A DNA stretch of 64,000 nt from Ferruginibacter sp. (GCA_016786725.1 JAEUVU010000005.1:270-64269); one strand, 5' to 3'; shown: positions 37,357 through 47,055, numbered from the stretch's first letter. The notes: generated by a model from the letters alone, not told the origin. Numbers and translations: made by a program.

Positions 37357-37430
37357 AAAACCGCTGTCGGGGCTTAAAGCCGCCGACAGGGTTTTGCGAC
37401 GCCGACAGCGGTTTTCAACCCTGACGGCGG
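37357..37430. repeat. CCGNCGG-word repeat with interleaved complementary arms, between A2M and pbpC
   Basis: A AAAACCGCTGTCGG (37357-37370) is perfectly complementary to A' CCGACAGCGGTTTT (37402-37415). B GCCGCCGACAGGG (37379-37391) pairs with B' CCCTGACGGCGG (37419-37430) with one mismatch. Contains GGTTTTCAACC, as does the 2458 copy. Confidence 0.75.
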
Positions 37431-37441
37431 TTTAATTAATT

Positions 37442-40400
37442 CTATTGCGTTACTTCCACCCACTTGCCATTCACGCCAGCCGTAATACTGTTATCATACA
37501 TCGCTTCGCAATACGTGCCAGGTAAAAAGAAGCGGCCCAGGTATGCGGCATTTAACTGCACATAATAGGTGTAGGTTTGGTTGGCGCCGATGTTGAAATA
37601 AGTGTACACACGGTCATCACGAATATCCTGGTAAGTTGATGAAGAAGATTTGAATGCGCCTTCGCCATCAAACATCCGGGCATTCAAAATTTCCCATCCG
37701 CTTGGGAATATTTGTGATAAAGCCATCTGCGAATAATAACCACGCCTGCCGGGATTGGTGATGGTTACTTTTGCCACAAAATCGCTGCCCTGTGTGAGTT
37801 TGCTGATATCAACAGCGCCGCCATTTTGATTTAAATAACTAACACCCATTACCAGGGTTGCCGGGTTGTTGGTTACTTTGATGCTGTCGCCTGCAAGCGG
37901 CTGACCCTGTATAATTAAACGAACATACAACGTGTTGTTGCCTTTATTATTGATGACGACATTGCTGCTTCCTTTAGCAAATAAGATGGGCAGCTGTTTG
38001 ATGGATGTAGCTGAGTTGATGTCAACATTTTTTCCATCCACAGTTCCGGTTGCAATAATTTTTGAACCTGAGCCATTCTTGCCGCAGTATTTTGCAATGG
38101 CAATTAAACTATAAGCGGTTGTTTGTGTGCTGTACCAATAATCCTGCGAAAGTTTTGCTGCAATGGTAGGCAACAACTCTGCGGCTTTTTGTTTTTTACC
38201 CATGAGCGTTAAAGTTTCGAGTATCATCGCCTGGTCCCGAAGTTCAGAACCAAAAGTTATTCCCGGTGTTGGCCTTTCACCAAAACTTATTGGCAGGCCG
38301 CTGATGAGATCCAGTGCTGTATTATCTTGCCCGGCGAGTTTATAAGCAGCAGCCAGCCGCCATTTTGCTTCGGCAGATAAATATTTAAATTCTTTCAAAC
38401 GGTTCATAGCGCCCAGTTCTGGGGCTTTGGCTAATGCAAGCCCGTACAGGCGATATGCCTGCGTAAGGTCTCCGCCATAAAAATTGGAGGTTGATGGGAC
38501 CCAGCTATTTGCTTTGCCACGCTGGTAATTTTTCCAGCTCTGAATCATGTAATCACTCACCATGTAGCCATTGTTTTGAGCTTCCACTAAAAAATGACCG
38601 GCATAGTTTGTGCCCCATTCATCGCTTTCGTTTGCGCCGGGCCAGTACCCAAAGCCTCCATCAGGACGTTGAAAATTTTGTAAACGGGCAATACCTGATT
38701 TTATATTTCTCTCAACCTGCGCTTTTTTCTGATCATCTAAATCGGTTAATTGATTTAATACCAATTGAGGGAATACAGCTGAAGTAGTTTGCTCAACACA
38801 GCCATGTGGATATTCAATTAAATAATTCAAACGCTTTTGCAAATTCATCGCCGGTACGCTCGAAATTTCCAACACTGCTGTGCTTGATGCTGCAATGCCA
38901 ACAGGATTGGCAATCGTTTTCCATTGCTGCCCTGCAGATAAGGTCATTTCTGTAACCTGTGTTATTGGTGGATTCGGATTACGAATATCCAGTTTAACTT
39001 CATAATCTGCTTTTTCGCCACCAGAACTTGCCAGCAGTTTTACTTTGCCAATACCGGTTGTTGGTTTTACACGAACATCAAAATAAACCATCTGCTCGCC
39101 ATTTTCAGTAAAATTTACCTGCTGTGTATTGCCGCCAACCACTTCCAGGTAAGGGTTAGCCTGCAGCGATACATTTACTTTACGGATATTATTTTCCATG
39201 GCGAATACAGTAACCGGCAGTTTGATGGTTTCGCCGGGGCCAAGCACACGTGGCATGGTAGCAAGCATCATCAAAGGTTTTTTAACGGCTACGGCTTTTT
39301 CAGTGGCGCCATAACTGCCATCATGAGCCGCTACAACCATCGCCCTTACAGAACCGATATATGAAGGCAAGGTGAAAGACTGCTTTTGAGTTTGGCCTCT
39401 CTTTAAATGAAATGGCCCAAGATATTTTACCACCGGTTTAAAACGGTTGGCAGTTTTTTGTTTGCCCGGCCCGGCTTCGTCGTCACCACCGATGGTTAAG
39501 ATGCGTTCCAAATCTCCTCCCCAGGCGCCGATCACATAATCAAAAAGATCAAAACTTTTTACACCGAGCGCTTCTCTTGCATAAAAAGCATTGTGTGGAT
39601 TGGGAGTTTTAAACCTTGTTAAGTCCAGCAATCCTTCATCAACTATCGCCACACAGTAAGTCATTTCTTTTCCGTTCTGTTCACTTACGCTGAACGAAAC
39701 ATTTGTTTCAGGCCTGATGCTTGCCGGGATATTCAACACTGGTTTCAGCACAGTATTCTTATCCTCAATAATAATCGGAACCGAACCATACATACGAATC
39801 GGCAGGTCGTTAATCGTTTGCGAATGCGGCTGCAACAAACTTACCGTTGCATATACATTCGGCGCCATGCCTGCTTCAGCTTTGAATTTTACGTCGGTCT
39901 GACCTTGTTTTGTTTCCTGCCAAAAAGATTTTAAAACCTTGCTGCCGTTCTCGATGCTCACTAAAATTCTTCCGCCCTTGCTGCTTGGTATTTTTAAAGA
40001 AACTTCATCACCCACATTGTATTTTTCTTTGTCAGCCTGAAAAGATAACATCGAAGCAGCAGTCTGATCTTCTTCACCGGCACGGGTTTGCCAGTAGGCA
40101 TCTTCAATGTAGAAGGTTGAGCCAGTTGTGTGGCCGCTCTTCAGATCTTTCACCAAAATGAGATAACGCCCCCATTCATTTTCTGATGTGCCGAACGTCC
40201 AGTTGCCCCGGCCATTGTTTAGTTTTACAGTCTCAGTTTTTAATAACTTGTTGTATTCATCCTGCGTAAAATTGCTGAGGTTGTCACCATTATTATCCCA
40301 CCACCAGCGCCATTGAATGCGATAGAATTGCACTTCTACATCAGTTGATCCTGCTACTAAATTTCCTTTGCCATCCACATCAACGATCTGTACTGTATGT

Positions 40401-43039
40401 TTTTTACCAGCCATCAAATAATCAAACGGTTTTTCGCCATCTGGTAATTTTATACCGGCATAACTGGTGTAAGGACTGTAAGGCATCGTTACATTATCAA
40501 TGCTGAAACTTCCGCCCGGCTCAAAAACTTTTACCATCATATTTGCACTCAACATACCCGGCGCAGTTTCATCAATTTCAAAATTTGTTTTTAATGCTGC
40601 ATTGCCCTGTTCATCCAAAGTGCCTTCGTAGATTGTTTTGCTTTGAGTTGCATAATTTGAAGTTGGATTATCAAATTCAAAACCTGCAAATTTGGGAAAG
40701 GTTGTCCCTCTTGATGAAAGCGATGCATCAATTTTTGCTTTGAGGTTTTTACCCAAAGCGCCAAACAGCCATTTGGCGTTGAGGTTGCCTGTTTCAGTAT
40801 TGCCTTTACCCAAAACAGGGTCTTTACCAAAGTTCAGGTCTATCTTTAACCGGTTCGGCATTATGGTTTCAACCTTGATGCGTTTTTCAAAAACAGCGCC
40901 GCCCACTTTTACTTTTGCCAGCCAGTTACCGGTTGGGGATGCAGCATCGGTATTGGTTTTAAAAAGATAGAAGCCATCTTCGGCATTGGTTTGTACACTG
41001 TGTTTAAATAACTGTCCCTGCGGTGTATATAAACTAAATTCAACCGGGTGGTCTTTGGGCAATTTGCCTTCCTTATCTTCCACAATAAAATTCAGGTACA
41101 TGGTATCGCCGGGCCGCCATACACCACGTTCTCCGAAAATGAACCCTTTAATACCGTCCTTCACTTCTTCGCCACTTACATCAAAGCGGCTAAGCGCCAG
41201 CGAACTTCCATCATCTAATTTTAAATAACCACGTTCGTTGCCTTTGCGTGCAATTAGTAAAAATGGTTTTCTTTTTAAGCTGATGTTTGCAAAACCATCG
41301 CTGCCGCTCTGGCCTTTGCTCACAATGGTGCGTTGATAATCCATGATCTCAATATCAACACCACTCATGGGCTCGGTAGTAAGAATATTGCTTACGGCAA
41401 CCATCAGGCTGTTATCGTTGCCACGCTTGGCTGTAAGGCCGATATTGCTTGCTAAAATATTCCTGCTGGCCCAGCGGTCTTTGTTGTAGTATGATTTGCT
41501 GGCGGGGTCATCCCTGCGTTCCCAATTGTAACCAAAAGGGTAATAGCTGTCGTATCTTTCCCAGAAAGCATCATCTTCATCAACACCATTTTTGTCTCCG
41601 CCATAATCTCCATAATATTCTTCTTCTTCATTTTCTTCTGTTGTTCCGTTTGCAGCGGTATCGGTTGACTGGTACAAAGAATACTCGGGCCTGAAACCGA
41701 TGGTTACTTTATAAATAGCGCCTTGCTCAGTTTTTAAATACTTATCAATGTCTAAAGAGAAATGTTGTTTTTTATGCAGGTCAAGTGTTTTATCATCATC
41801 CAGCCTTAAAGTTTTTTGAACGATGGGTTTGGCAACTCTTCTTAATTCATTGTTTCCACCCAGATCATTTTCCTGCAGGAACTGCGGAACATTGTTTTCA
41901 AATATTTTAATGATGCTGATGTCAACTGCATTTAAGTTGATTGATTCAAAAGGCAAAACCAACCTGCCGCTGTTGGGCAAGATATTTCCTTTACCATGAA
42001 TTTTTACTGACGGCATCCTGTTCTGGAAATTGATATTGGCGGCAAAGCCTTTATCCAATACATCGCCCCAGGTATTTTTTATACCGGCATTTACATTCAC
42101 CGTGTAATTGCCATCTAATTTTCCGTTACCAAAAACTTTTACTTCGCTGCCGTTGATGGTGTAGGAAATATCTCCTTGTCCGCTGATGGTTATTAAGCCG
42201 GTCAGGTCTTGCCCCACAGCAATCATATCACTAAACTGCACCGATGCATATTGCTGTGCTTCATTTACCGCCATCACATCCAGTACTTTAAAGTCGCCTT
42301 CAGATGGTACAGCAAGTGAAGCATCGCCTTTGGTATCCATATTCATCGGGCTGCCATTCCATTTCAAATCAACATTGCTAACCGATTTTCCTCTGGCAAT
42401 ATTCTCAATAGTATAGCGGTGAGATTTGGCCGCATCATTATGTTGCCAGCTTATTTTTAAGGCGCTGTTATTTTGAAAAGCGGTCAATAATTTTTCAACT
42501 TCTTTTCCATTCTCAATATCAGCGGTTTCCAGGTCGCCGCTCAAACTCATTTTATTTTTAACACCGCTGCTTCGTAAACCATCGTTGCCCACTTTAAAAG
42601 AAGGCTTCACCGTTTTCATGCTGAATTTAAAGTTTGAAAACTTAGAAGGCGTTTTGGTAACCTTGCCCAGTTTGAATTCTGCCTGGTACATCTGGTCTGG
42701 CTTCAACCAACTGTCTGGTTTAAATTCGATTGTACGGGCATCTATCCAGAAAGCTTTTCCTTTTACGGAAGGGGAGATGTTGAACAGGTCTTCCTTCACT
42801 GCTTCGCCAACCGCATGTGTTGTGCCGGCGTCTTCGGCCAGTTTAATACGAATGGCAGAAGTTTTGGAAATGGTGCCTGTTGTGTATGCATCAATGTATT
42901 TGCTGAAAGCAGGATCTACATCAATCCATTTGTCGTTTTTGTTACAGCTAAACAGGCAGATGGTTGCAAGCAGGCATAACGATGCCTTTACAAAAGTTGT
43001 TTTGAACTTTTTGTTACGGGGTTCACGGTCGTGTTCCAT
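37442..43039 (-). CDS. alpha-2-macroglobulin lipoprotein (YfhM/ECAM type), thioester-containing
   Basis: 1865 aa. Lipobox LFSC, MG motif GVWRPGDTMYLNF, thioester YPHGCVEQT. Followed by pbpC, the established bacterial A2M-PBP1C pairing. Confidence 0.92.
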   Translation of the reverse strand: MEHDREPRNKKFKTTFVKASLCLLATICLFSCNKNDKWIDVDPAFSKYIDAYTTGTISKTSAIRIKLAEDAGTTHAVGEAVKEDLFNISPSVKGKAFWIDARTIEFKPDSWLKPDQMYQAEFKLGKVTKTPSKFSNFKFSMKTVKPSFKVGNDGLRSSGVKNKMSLSGDLETADIENGKEVEKLLTAFQNNSALKISWQHNDAAKSHRYTIENIARGKSVSNVDLKWNGSPMNMDTKGDASLAVPSEGDFKVLDVMAVNEAQQYASVQFSDMIAVGQDLTGLITISGQGDISYTINGSEVKVFGNGKLDGNYTVNVNAGIKNTWGDVLDKGFAANINFQNRMPSVKIHGKGNILPNSGRLVLPFESINLNAVDISIIKIFENNVPQFLQENDLGGNNELRRVAKPIVQKTLRLDDDKTLDLHKKQHFSLDIDKYLKTEQGAIYKVTIGFRPEYSLYQSTDTAANGTTEENEEEEYYGDYGGDKNGVDEDDAFWERYDSYYPFGYNWERRDDPASKSYYNKDRWASRNILASNIGLTAKRGNDNSLMVAVSNILTTEPMSGVDIEIMDYQRTIVSKGQSGSDGFANISLKRKPFLLIARKGNERGYLKLDDGSSLALSRFDVSGEEVKDGIKGFIFGERGVWRPGDTMYLNFIVEDKEGKLPKDHPVEFSLYTPQGQLFKHSVQTNAEDGFYLFKTNTDAASPTGNWLAKVKVGGAVFEKRIKVETIMPNRLKIDLNFGKDPVLGKGNTETGNLNAKWLFGALGKNLKAKIDASLSSRGTTFPKFAGFEFDNPTSNYATQSKTIYEGTLDEQGNAALKTNFEIDETAPGMLSANMMVKVFEPGGSFSIDNVTMPYSPYTSYAGIKLPDGEKPFDYLMAGKKHTVQIVDVDGKGNLVAGSTDVEVQFYRIQWRWWWDNNGDNLSNFTQDEYNKLLKTETVKLNNGRGNWTFGTSENEWGRYLILVKDLKSGHTTGSTFYIEDAYWQTRAGEEDQTAASMLSFQADKEKYNVGDEVSLKIPSSKGGRILVSIENGSKVLKSFWQETKQGQTDVKFKAEAGMAPNVYATVSLLQPHSQTINDLPIRMYGSVPIIIEDKNTVLKPVLNIPASIRPETNVSFSVSEQNGKEMTYCVAIVDEGLLDLTRFKTPNPHNAFYAREALGVKSFDLFDYVIGAWGGDLERILTIGGDDEAGPGKQKTANRFKPVVKYLGPFHLKRGQTQKQSFTLPSYIGSVRAMVVAAHDGSYGATEKAVAVKKPLMMLATMPRVLGPGETIKLPVTVFAMENNIRKVNVSLQANPYLEVVGGNTQQVNFTENGEQMVYFDVRVKPTTGIGKVKLLASSGGEKADYEVKLDIRNPNPPITQVTEMTLSAGQQWKTIANPVGIAASSTAVLEISSVPAMNLQKRLNYLIEYPHGCVEQTTSAVFPQLVLNQLTDLDDQKKAQVERNIKSGIARLQNFQRPDGGFGYWPGANESDEWGTNYAGHFLVEAQNNGYMVSDYMIQSWKNYQRGKANSWVPSTSNFYGGDLTQAYRLYGLALAKAPELGAMNRLKEFKYLSAEAKWRLAAAYKLAGQDNTALDLISGLPISFGERPTPGITFGSELRDQAMILETLTLMGKKQKAAELLPTIAAKLSQDYWYSTQTTAYSLIAIAKYCGKNGSGSKIIATGTVDGKNVDINSATSIKQLPILFAKGSSNVVINNKGNNTLYVRLIIQGQPLAGDSIKVTNNPATLVMGVSYLNQNGGAVDISKLTQGSDFVAKVTITNPGRRGYYSQMALSQIFPSGWEILNARMFDGEGAFKSSSSTYQDIRDDRVYTYFNIGANQTYTYYVQLNAAYLGRFFLPGTYCEAMYDNSITAGVNGKWVEVTQ

Positions 43040-43181
43040 AAATGTAATTGATTGTTGAAGTTGGTTGACGTTAATGGAATCATCAACATCGGCATTTTTG
43101 ATTTGCTACGTAAATGTGGAAAGAAATTTTGACATCTCCAATAGCCGGAGAAATTATTTTTAGTTAAAGGATTCGTAAATC

Positions 43182-43205
43182 GTTTCTTGTTTGTTGTTTC
43201 TGGTT
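43182..43205. repeat. intergenic relative of the pbpC word block (GTTTCTTGTTTGTTGTTTCTGGTT)
   Basis: Shares GTTTCTTGTTT and TTTCTGGTT with 35811-35830. Lies upstream of the A2M gene. Confidence 0.5.
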
Positions 43206-43260
43206 CCCCGTTCCTAACCCAGGTTTAGTTGCTGCCTGTATAGATTATTTTCTATGTTGA

Positions 43261-43656
43261 CTAATTCAGTTTTGTAACTTCAATATTGTAAGTGCCGTTA
43301 ATCAGGGAAGAAGCTGTTTCCTGGATATAGCTGGTGTTGGTTGTTCGGGTAATCTTTACTTTTATTTCCAGGTTGGATGGGAAGTCTATTTTATTGTCAT
43401 TCCGGATCACTTTATCCAGTTTTAGGGTGTAAGAACAGTTGTCCTGCCAGGAAATCCTGAAACGCACCACGGCTTTTAAAACATCGCTGGTTTCCGTTTG
43501 GTATATGCTGTTTCTTTCGGCAATGATCACGGATCCGGCACGGGTATCGGCAATTCGGAATTTGCCTTCACGAAATTTGGCGCAATCGGGAGTTTGGCTG
43601 AAGGCAAATCCGAAGCACAAATTCAATAATATAAGTACCACAATTTTTTTCATCAA
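43261..43656 (-). CDS. small secreted hypothetical protein (131 aa)
   Basis: Signal peptide (LLNLCFGFAFSQ). Its ATG overlaps the lysA stop (ATGA). Confidence 0.55.
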   Translation of the reverse strand: MMKKIVVLILLNLCFGFAFSQTPDCAKFREGKFRIADTRAGSVIIAERNSIYQTETSDVLKAVVRFRISWQDNCSYTLKLDKVIRNDNKIDFPSNLEIKVKITRTTNTSYIQETASSLINGTYNIEVTKLN

Positions 43657-44858
43657 TCTATAATTTGATTTTTGAGCAGATCTTCAAACTCATCTCTTCT
43701 TCTTATCAATTGTACCTTATCATCTTTTACCAACACTTCTGCCGGCTTTTGGCGTGAGTTAAAGTTACTGCTCATTTCAAAGCCATAGGCGCCGGCGTTG
43801 TAAAACACCAGCAGATCGCCTTCTTTTACTTCGTTCAGTTTCCTGTCCCAGGCAAACGTATCGGTTTCGCAGATGTAACCGGTTACGGCGTAGCTTTTTT
43901 CTTCGCCGGTTGGGTTGCTGATGTTTTCAATTTTATGATAAGCATCGTAAAACATGGGGCGTATCAAATGATTCAAGCCGCTGTTGATACCAACAAAAGT
44001 GGTGTTTGGATTTTCTTTTATCACATTCACTTCGGTTAGCAAATAACCGGCGCCACTAACTAAAAACTTTCCAGGCTCAAACCAAACCTGTAAATGTTTT
44101 CCGTTGGGATTGGGGTGGTTGCTGAAAGCTTCATTCACTTTTTTTGCCAGCAACGGCATATCAGTTTCTCCATCTCCATCCTGGTAAGGTACCTTAAAAC
44201 CACCACCCAGGTCAATTGATTCCAGTTTTTTAAAAGATGGAATGATATCGAACAACACTTCAATCCCCTTCACAAAAACATCTACGTCCTTAATATCGCT
44301 GCCGGTGTGAATGTGCAGGTTTTGAATATGCAGGTTGTATTTTGAAACTACGTCCAGAATTTGATCCAACTGGTCAACAGGTATCCCAAACTTGCTTTGA
44401 TCATGACCAGTTGAAACTTTCAAATTTCCCCCACCCATGATATTAGGTCTCAATCTTAAACCAACAGGATAACTGTGGCCAAACTTCTGCCCGAATTTTT
44501 CAAGATTGCTTAAACTGTCAATATTGATATGTACGCCCAGGTTTTGGGCTTCTTCTATCTCACTAAAATGAATGCCATTGCTGGTGTACAAAATCCTTTT
44601 TGGTTCAAAACCGGCAAGGAACGCAAGTTTAACTTCATTAACCGAACTGCAATCTACATTGCAGCCAATGCTGTTGATGTGCTTTAAAATATTGATATTG
44701 GTTAAAGCCTTGCAGGCATAAAAGAATTTAGTATCGGTTTGAGCAAAAGCATCAGTTAGTTTTTTGTATTGAGCAGTTATGTGTTCTGCGTCATAAACAT
44801 AAAGCGGAGTTCCAAACTCCGCCGCAAGATTTTTAAGTTGTTGCTGTGATAAAGCCAT
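43653..44858 (-). CDS. lysA: diaminopimelate decarboxylase
   Basis: ORF trimmed to ATG 44858 (MALSQQQLKNLAAEFGTPLYVYD). PLP-lysine FYACKA, HIHTGS, IDLGGGF, EPGKFLV and YICETD motifs. Confidence 0.9.
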   Translation of the reverse strand: MALSQQQLKNLAAEFGTPLYVYDAEHITAQYKKLTDAFAQTDTKFFYACKALTNINILKHINSIGCNVDCSSVNEVKLAFLAGFEPKRILYTSNGIHFSEIEEAQNLGVHINIDSLSNLEKFGQKFGHSYPVGLRLRPNIMGGGNLKVSTGHDQSKFGIPVDQLDQILDVVSKYNLHIQNLHIHTGSDIKDVDVFVKGIEVLFDIIPSFKKLESIDLGGGFKVPYQDGDGETDMPLLAKKVNEAFSNHPNPNGKHLQVWFEPGKFLVSGAGYLLTEVNVIKENPNTTFVGINSGLNHLIRPMFYDAYHKIENISNPTGEEKSYAVTGYICETDTFAWDRKLNEVKEGDLLVFYNAGAYGFEMSSNFNSRQKPAEVLVKDDKVQLIRRRDEFEDLLKNQIID

Positions 44859-44935
44859 GTTGCGAAAGTAAGAAACGAATTGGTGATTGAAGCAATGAAA
44901 AAGGTAAGTCTTTACCTTCGGCAAAAAAATATTGC

Positions 44936-44986
44936 CACTGAAACACAGAAGCACAGAAAAACATTCCCAAATTCTGTGTTTCAGTG
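44936..44986. repeat. 15-bp perfect inverted repeat CACTGAAACACAGAA / TTCTGTGTTTCAGTG
   Basis: Direct reading, 21-nt loop. Lies between the mrp terminator and the lysA start. Confidence 0.7.
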
Positions 44987-44994
44987 CCTCCGTG

Positions 44995-45020
44995 GCAAAA
45001 ACATTTCTCCTTCGGAGAAA
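44995..45020 (-). terminator. rho-independent terminator of mrp/apbC
   Basis: Minus strand TTTCTCC-GAA-GGAGAAA followed by TGTTTTTG. Confidence 0.7.
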
Positions 45021-45026
45021 TAAAAG

Positions 45027-46130
45027 CTAGGCTACTATTTCCTGTATCTCTGTGGGCGCCAGGTTTGCATTACGCATTGCAATCCCTCTTACTGCATTGG
45101 CAGCAAAATCCATAAATGCCTTTTTTGTGATCTCATCATCGCTAACCATCGCCGGCACACCAATATCTCCGCCTTCACGAATACTTTCTACAATTGGTAT
45201 TTGCCCTAAGAAAGGAATATCGAGTTCTTCTGCTAAATTCTTTCCTCCATCTTTTCCAAAAATGTAGTATTTATTTTCGGGCAGTTCGGCCGGTGTGAAA
45301 TAACTCATGTTCTCAACCAAACCAATCACCGGTACTTTTAACTGGGCCTGTCCAAACATGGCAATACCTTTTTTAGCATCGGCAAGGGCTACGGTTTGTG
45401 GAGTTGTTACCACGATAACACCGGTCACCGGTACAGTTTGCACCATCGTTAAATGAATATCACCGGTGCCGGGCGGCATATCAACAATTAAATAATCCAG
45501 TTCGCCCCAATCAACCTCACTCACAAACTGCCGTATGGCGCTGCTTACCATGGGGCCACGCCAAACCACTGCCTGCTTTTCATCAATCAGCAAACCAATA
45601 CTCATCATTTTAATATCAAATTTTTCAATCGGTACTATCAAACCTTTGCCGGTATTTGTACCGTCATCTTTCATCATCGGCCTTTCGCCCCGTACACCAA
45701 ACATAATATGCTGGCTGGGGCCGTAGATATCTGCATCCATCAATCCCACTTTTGCGCCTCCCTGCGCCAGGGCAATTGCCAGATTGCTTGACACGGTGCT
45801 TTTGCCAACGCCGCCTTTGCCACTCACTACAGCAATTATATTTTTCACGCCATTCAAAACTGTTTTTCCATCCTGGCGGTTGCTGCTGGTATTACTGGTA
45901 AAGTTCACTTTAACTATTGCCTCTTTATTTACCAATAATTTTACTGCATTAATGCAGGCATTCATGATCATGTCCTTCAGCGGACATGCAGGCGTGGTAA
46001 GCACCACCGTAAAGGAAACATGGTTGCCCTCAATAGCAATATCTTTCACCATATTCAATGTTACCAGGTCTTTGCCCAGGTCGGGTTCCTGCACATTTGA
46101 TAAAGCCTTTAAAATATCTTCGTTCGTCAT
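45027..46130 (-). CDS. apbC: Mrp/NBP35 family iron-sulfur cluster carrier ATPase
   Basis: 367 aa. N-terminal DUF59-like domain, deviant Walker A SGKGGVGKST, DMPPGTGD, and the conserved C-terminal region. Confidence 0.92.
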   Translation of the reverse strand: MTNEDILKALSNVQEPDLGKDLVTLNMVKDIAIEGNHVSFTVVLTTPACPLKDMIMNACINAVKLLVNKEAIVKVNFTSNTSSNRQDGKTVLNGVKNIIAVVSGKGGVGKSTVSSNLAIALAQGGAKVGLMDADIYGPSQHIMFGVRGERPMMKDDGTNTGKGLIVPIEKFDIKMMSIGLLIDEKQAVVWRGPMVSSAIRQFVSEVDWGELDYLIVDMPPGTGDIHLTMVQTVPVTGVIVVTTPQTVALADAKKGIAMFGQAQLKVPVIGLVENMSYFTPAELPENKYYIFGKDGGKNLAEELDIPFLGQIPIVESIREGGDIGVPAMVSDDEITKKAFMDFAANAVRGIAMRNANLAPTEIQEIVA

Positions 46131-46210
46131 CGTTCAATTATTTGTTAAAAAGTTACCGGGAACGCAAATTTAAACATTGATACCCTTACTTTGTTTATTA
46201 AATTGGGAAA

Positions 46211-46239
46211 GCCCCACCTATCCTCCCCGGAGGGGAAGG
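46211..46239. repeat. G/C hairpin module, long subfamily (GCCCCACCTATCCTCCCCGGAGGGGAAGG)
   Basis: Direct reading. Parallels the 8181-8208 copy. Confidence 0.7.
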
Positions 46240-46357
46240 AAACAAGGTAGAAAAAAGTGAAGTGTATGTGTTTCTTTATATACCCAACGTCATTAATTCT
46301 ATTTAACTTCGGTGGCGTCGTACTCTTGCACTTCATATCTATATTGAACTTTTTTTG

Positions 46358-46999
46358 ATGAAGAAATTTATACCATACTTACTTTTTGCTGCTTTATTTT
46401 TTTTACCTGCTGCTGCCAAAGCCCAGTTTGAAACTTTTAAAGATTCTGTTGTGCAACTCTACGGTATTGTAATGACGGCTGACAGTTTAAAAGGGCTGGA
46501 GTCTGTAACCGTAATGATCAAAGGACAAAACAGGGGAACTATTACCAATAGCAAGGGCGTGTTCAGTATTGTAGGTTTAAAAGGGGATGAAGTGGTTTTT
46601 ACAAGTATAGGTTATAAACCCAAAACAATTTCCATTCCCAAAAACCTGGAAGGTAACCAGCACAGCATTATTCAGTTGATGGTGAATGATACTGTTTATT
46701 TACCTGCAACAATCATTAAGGCAAGGCCAACCCGTGCACAGTTTGAACGTGATTTTTTAAATGCTGAAATACCTGACGATTACATCACCGTTGCCCGCAA
46801 AAATAACAGTGAAGCCACCCGTAAGTTACTGGTTGCAACCCTCCCCCGGGATGGAAGAGAGAGCAGCAATAATTATCTGCGCCAAAATGCAAACAAGGCA
46901 TATTACACTGGCCAGGCGCCTCCCATGAATATCTTCAATCCTTTTGCCTGGGCCGAATTTATCAAGGCATGGAAGAGAGGGGATTTTAAGAGTAAATAA
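46358..46999 (+). CDS. carboxypeptidase-regulatory-like domain protein (secreted)
   Basis: ORF 46355 starts with TTG and an ATG follows at 46358. Signal peptide. LYGIVMTADSLKGLESVTVMIKG...GVFSI..LKGDEVVFTSIGYK is the CarboxypepD_reg pattern. Confidence 0.6.
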   Translation: MKKFIPYLLFAALFFLPAAAKAQFETFKDSVVQLYGIVMTADSLKGLESVTVMIKGQNRGTITNSKGVFSIVGLKGDEVVFTSIGYKPKTISIPKNLEGNQHSIIQLMVNDTVYLPATIIKARPTRAQFERDFLNAEIPDDYITVARKNNSEATRKLLVATLPRDGRESSNNYLRQNANKAYYTGQAPPMNIFNPFAWAEFIKAWKRGDFKSK

Positions 47000-47002
47000 A
47001 GG

Positions 47003-47055
47003 CCATACCCCAAACCCCCTGTCCCCCTTCCTTCAACTTCGCTCAGAAGGGGAAC
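47003..47055. repeat. GC-rich repeat (CCCCTTCCTTC...GAAGGGGAAC hairpin enclosing CTTCAACTTCGCTCAG)
   Basis: Direct reading. CTTCGACTTCGCTCAG also occurs at 6290-6305, after uvrA. Confidence 0.55.

Noticed and set aside
44859-45026. Lysine riboswitch upstream of lysA
   Set aside because: I could not find the conserved L-box core motifs. The region is explained by the mrp terminator plus a dispersed-type inverted repeat. This still needs a covariance-model scan to be certain.
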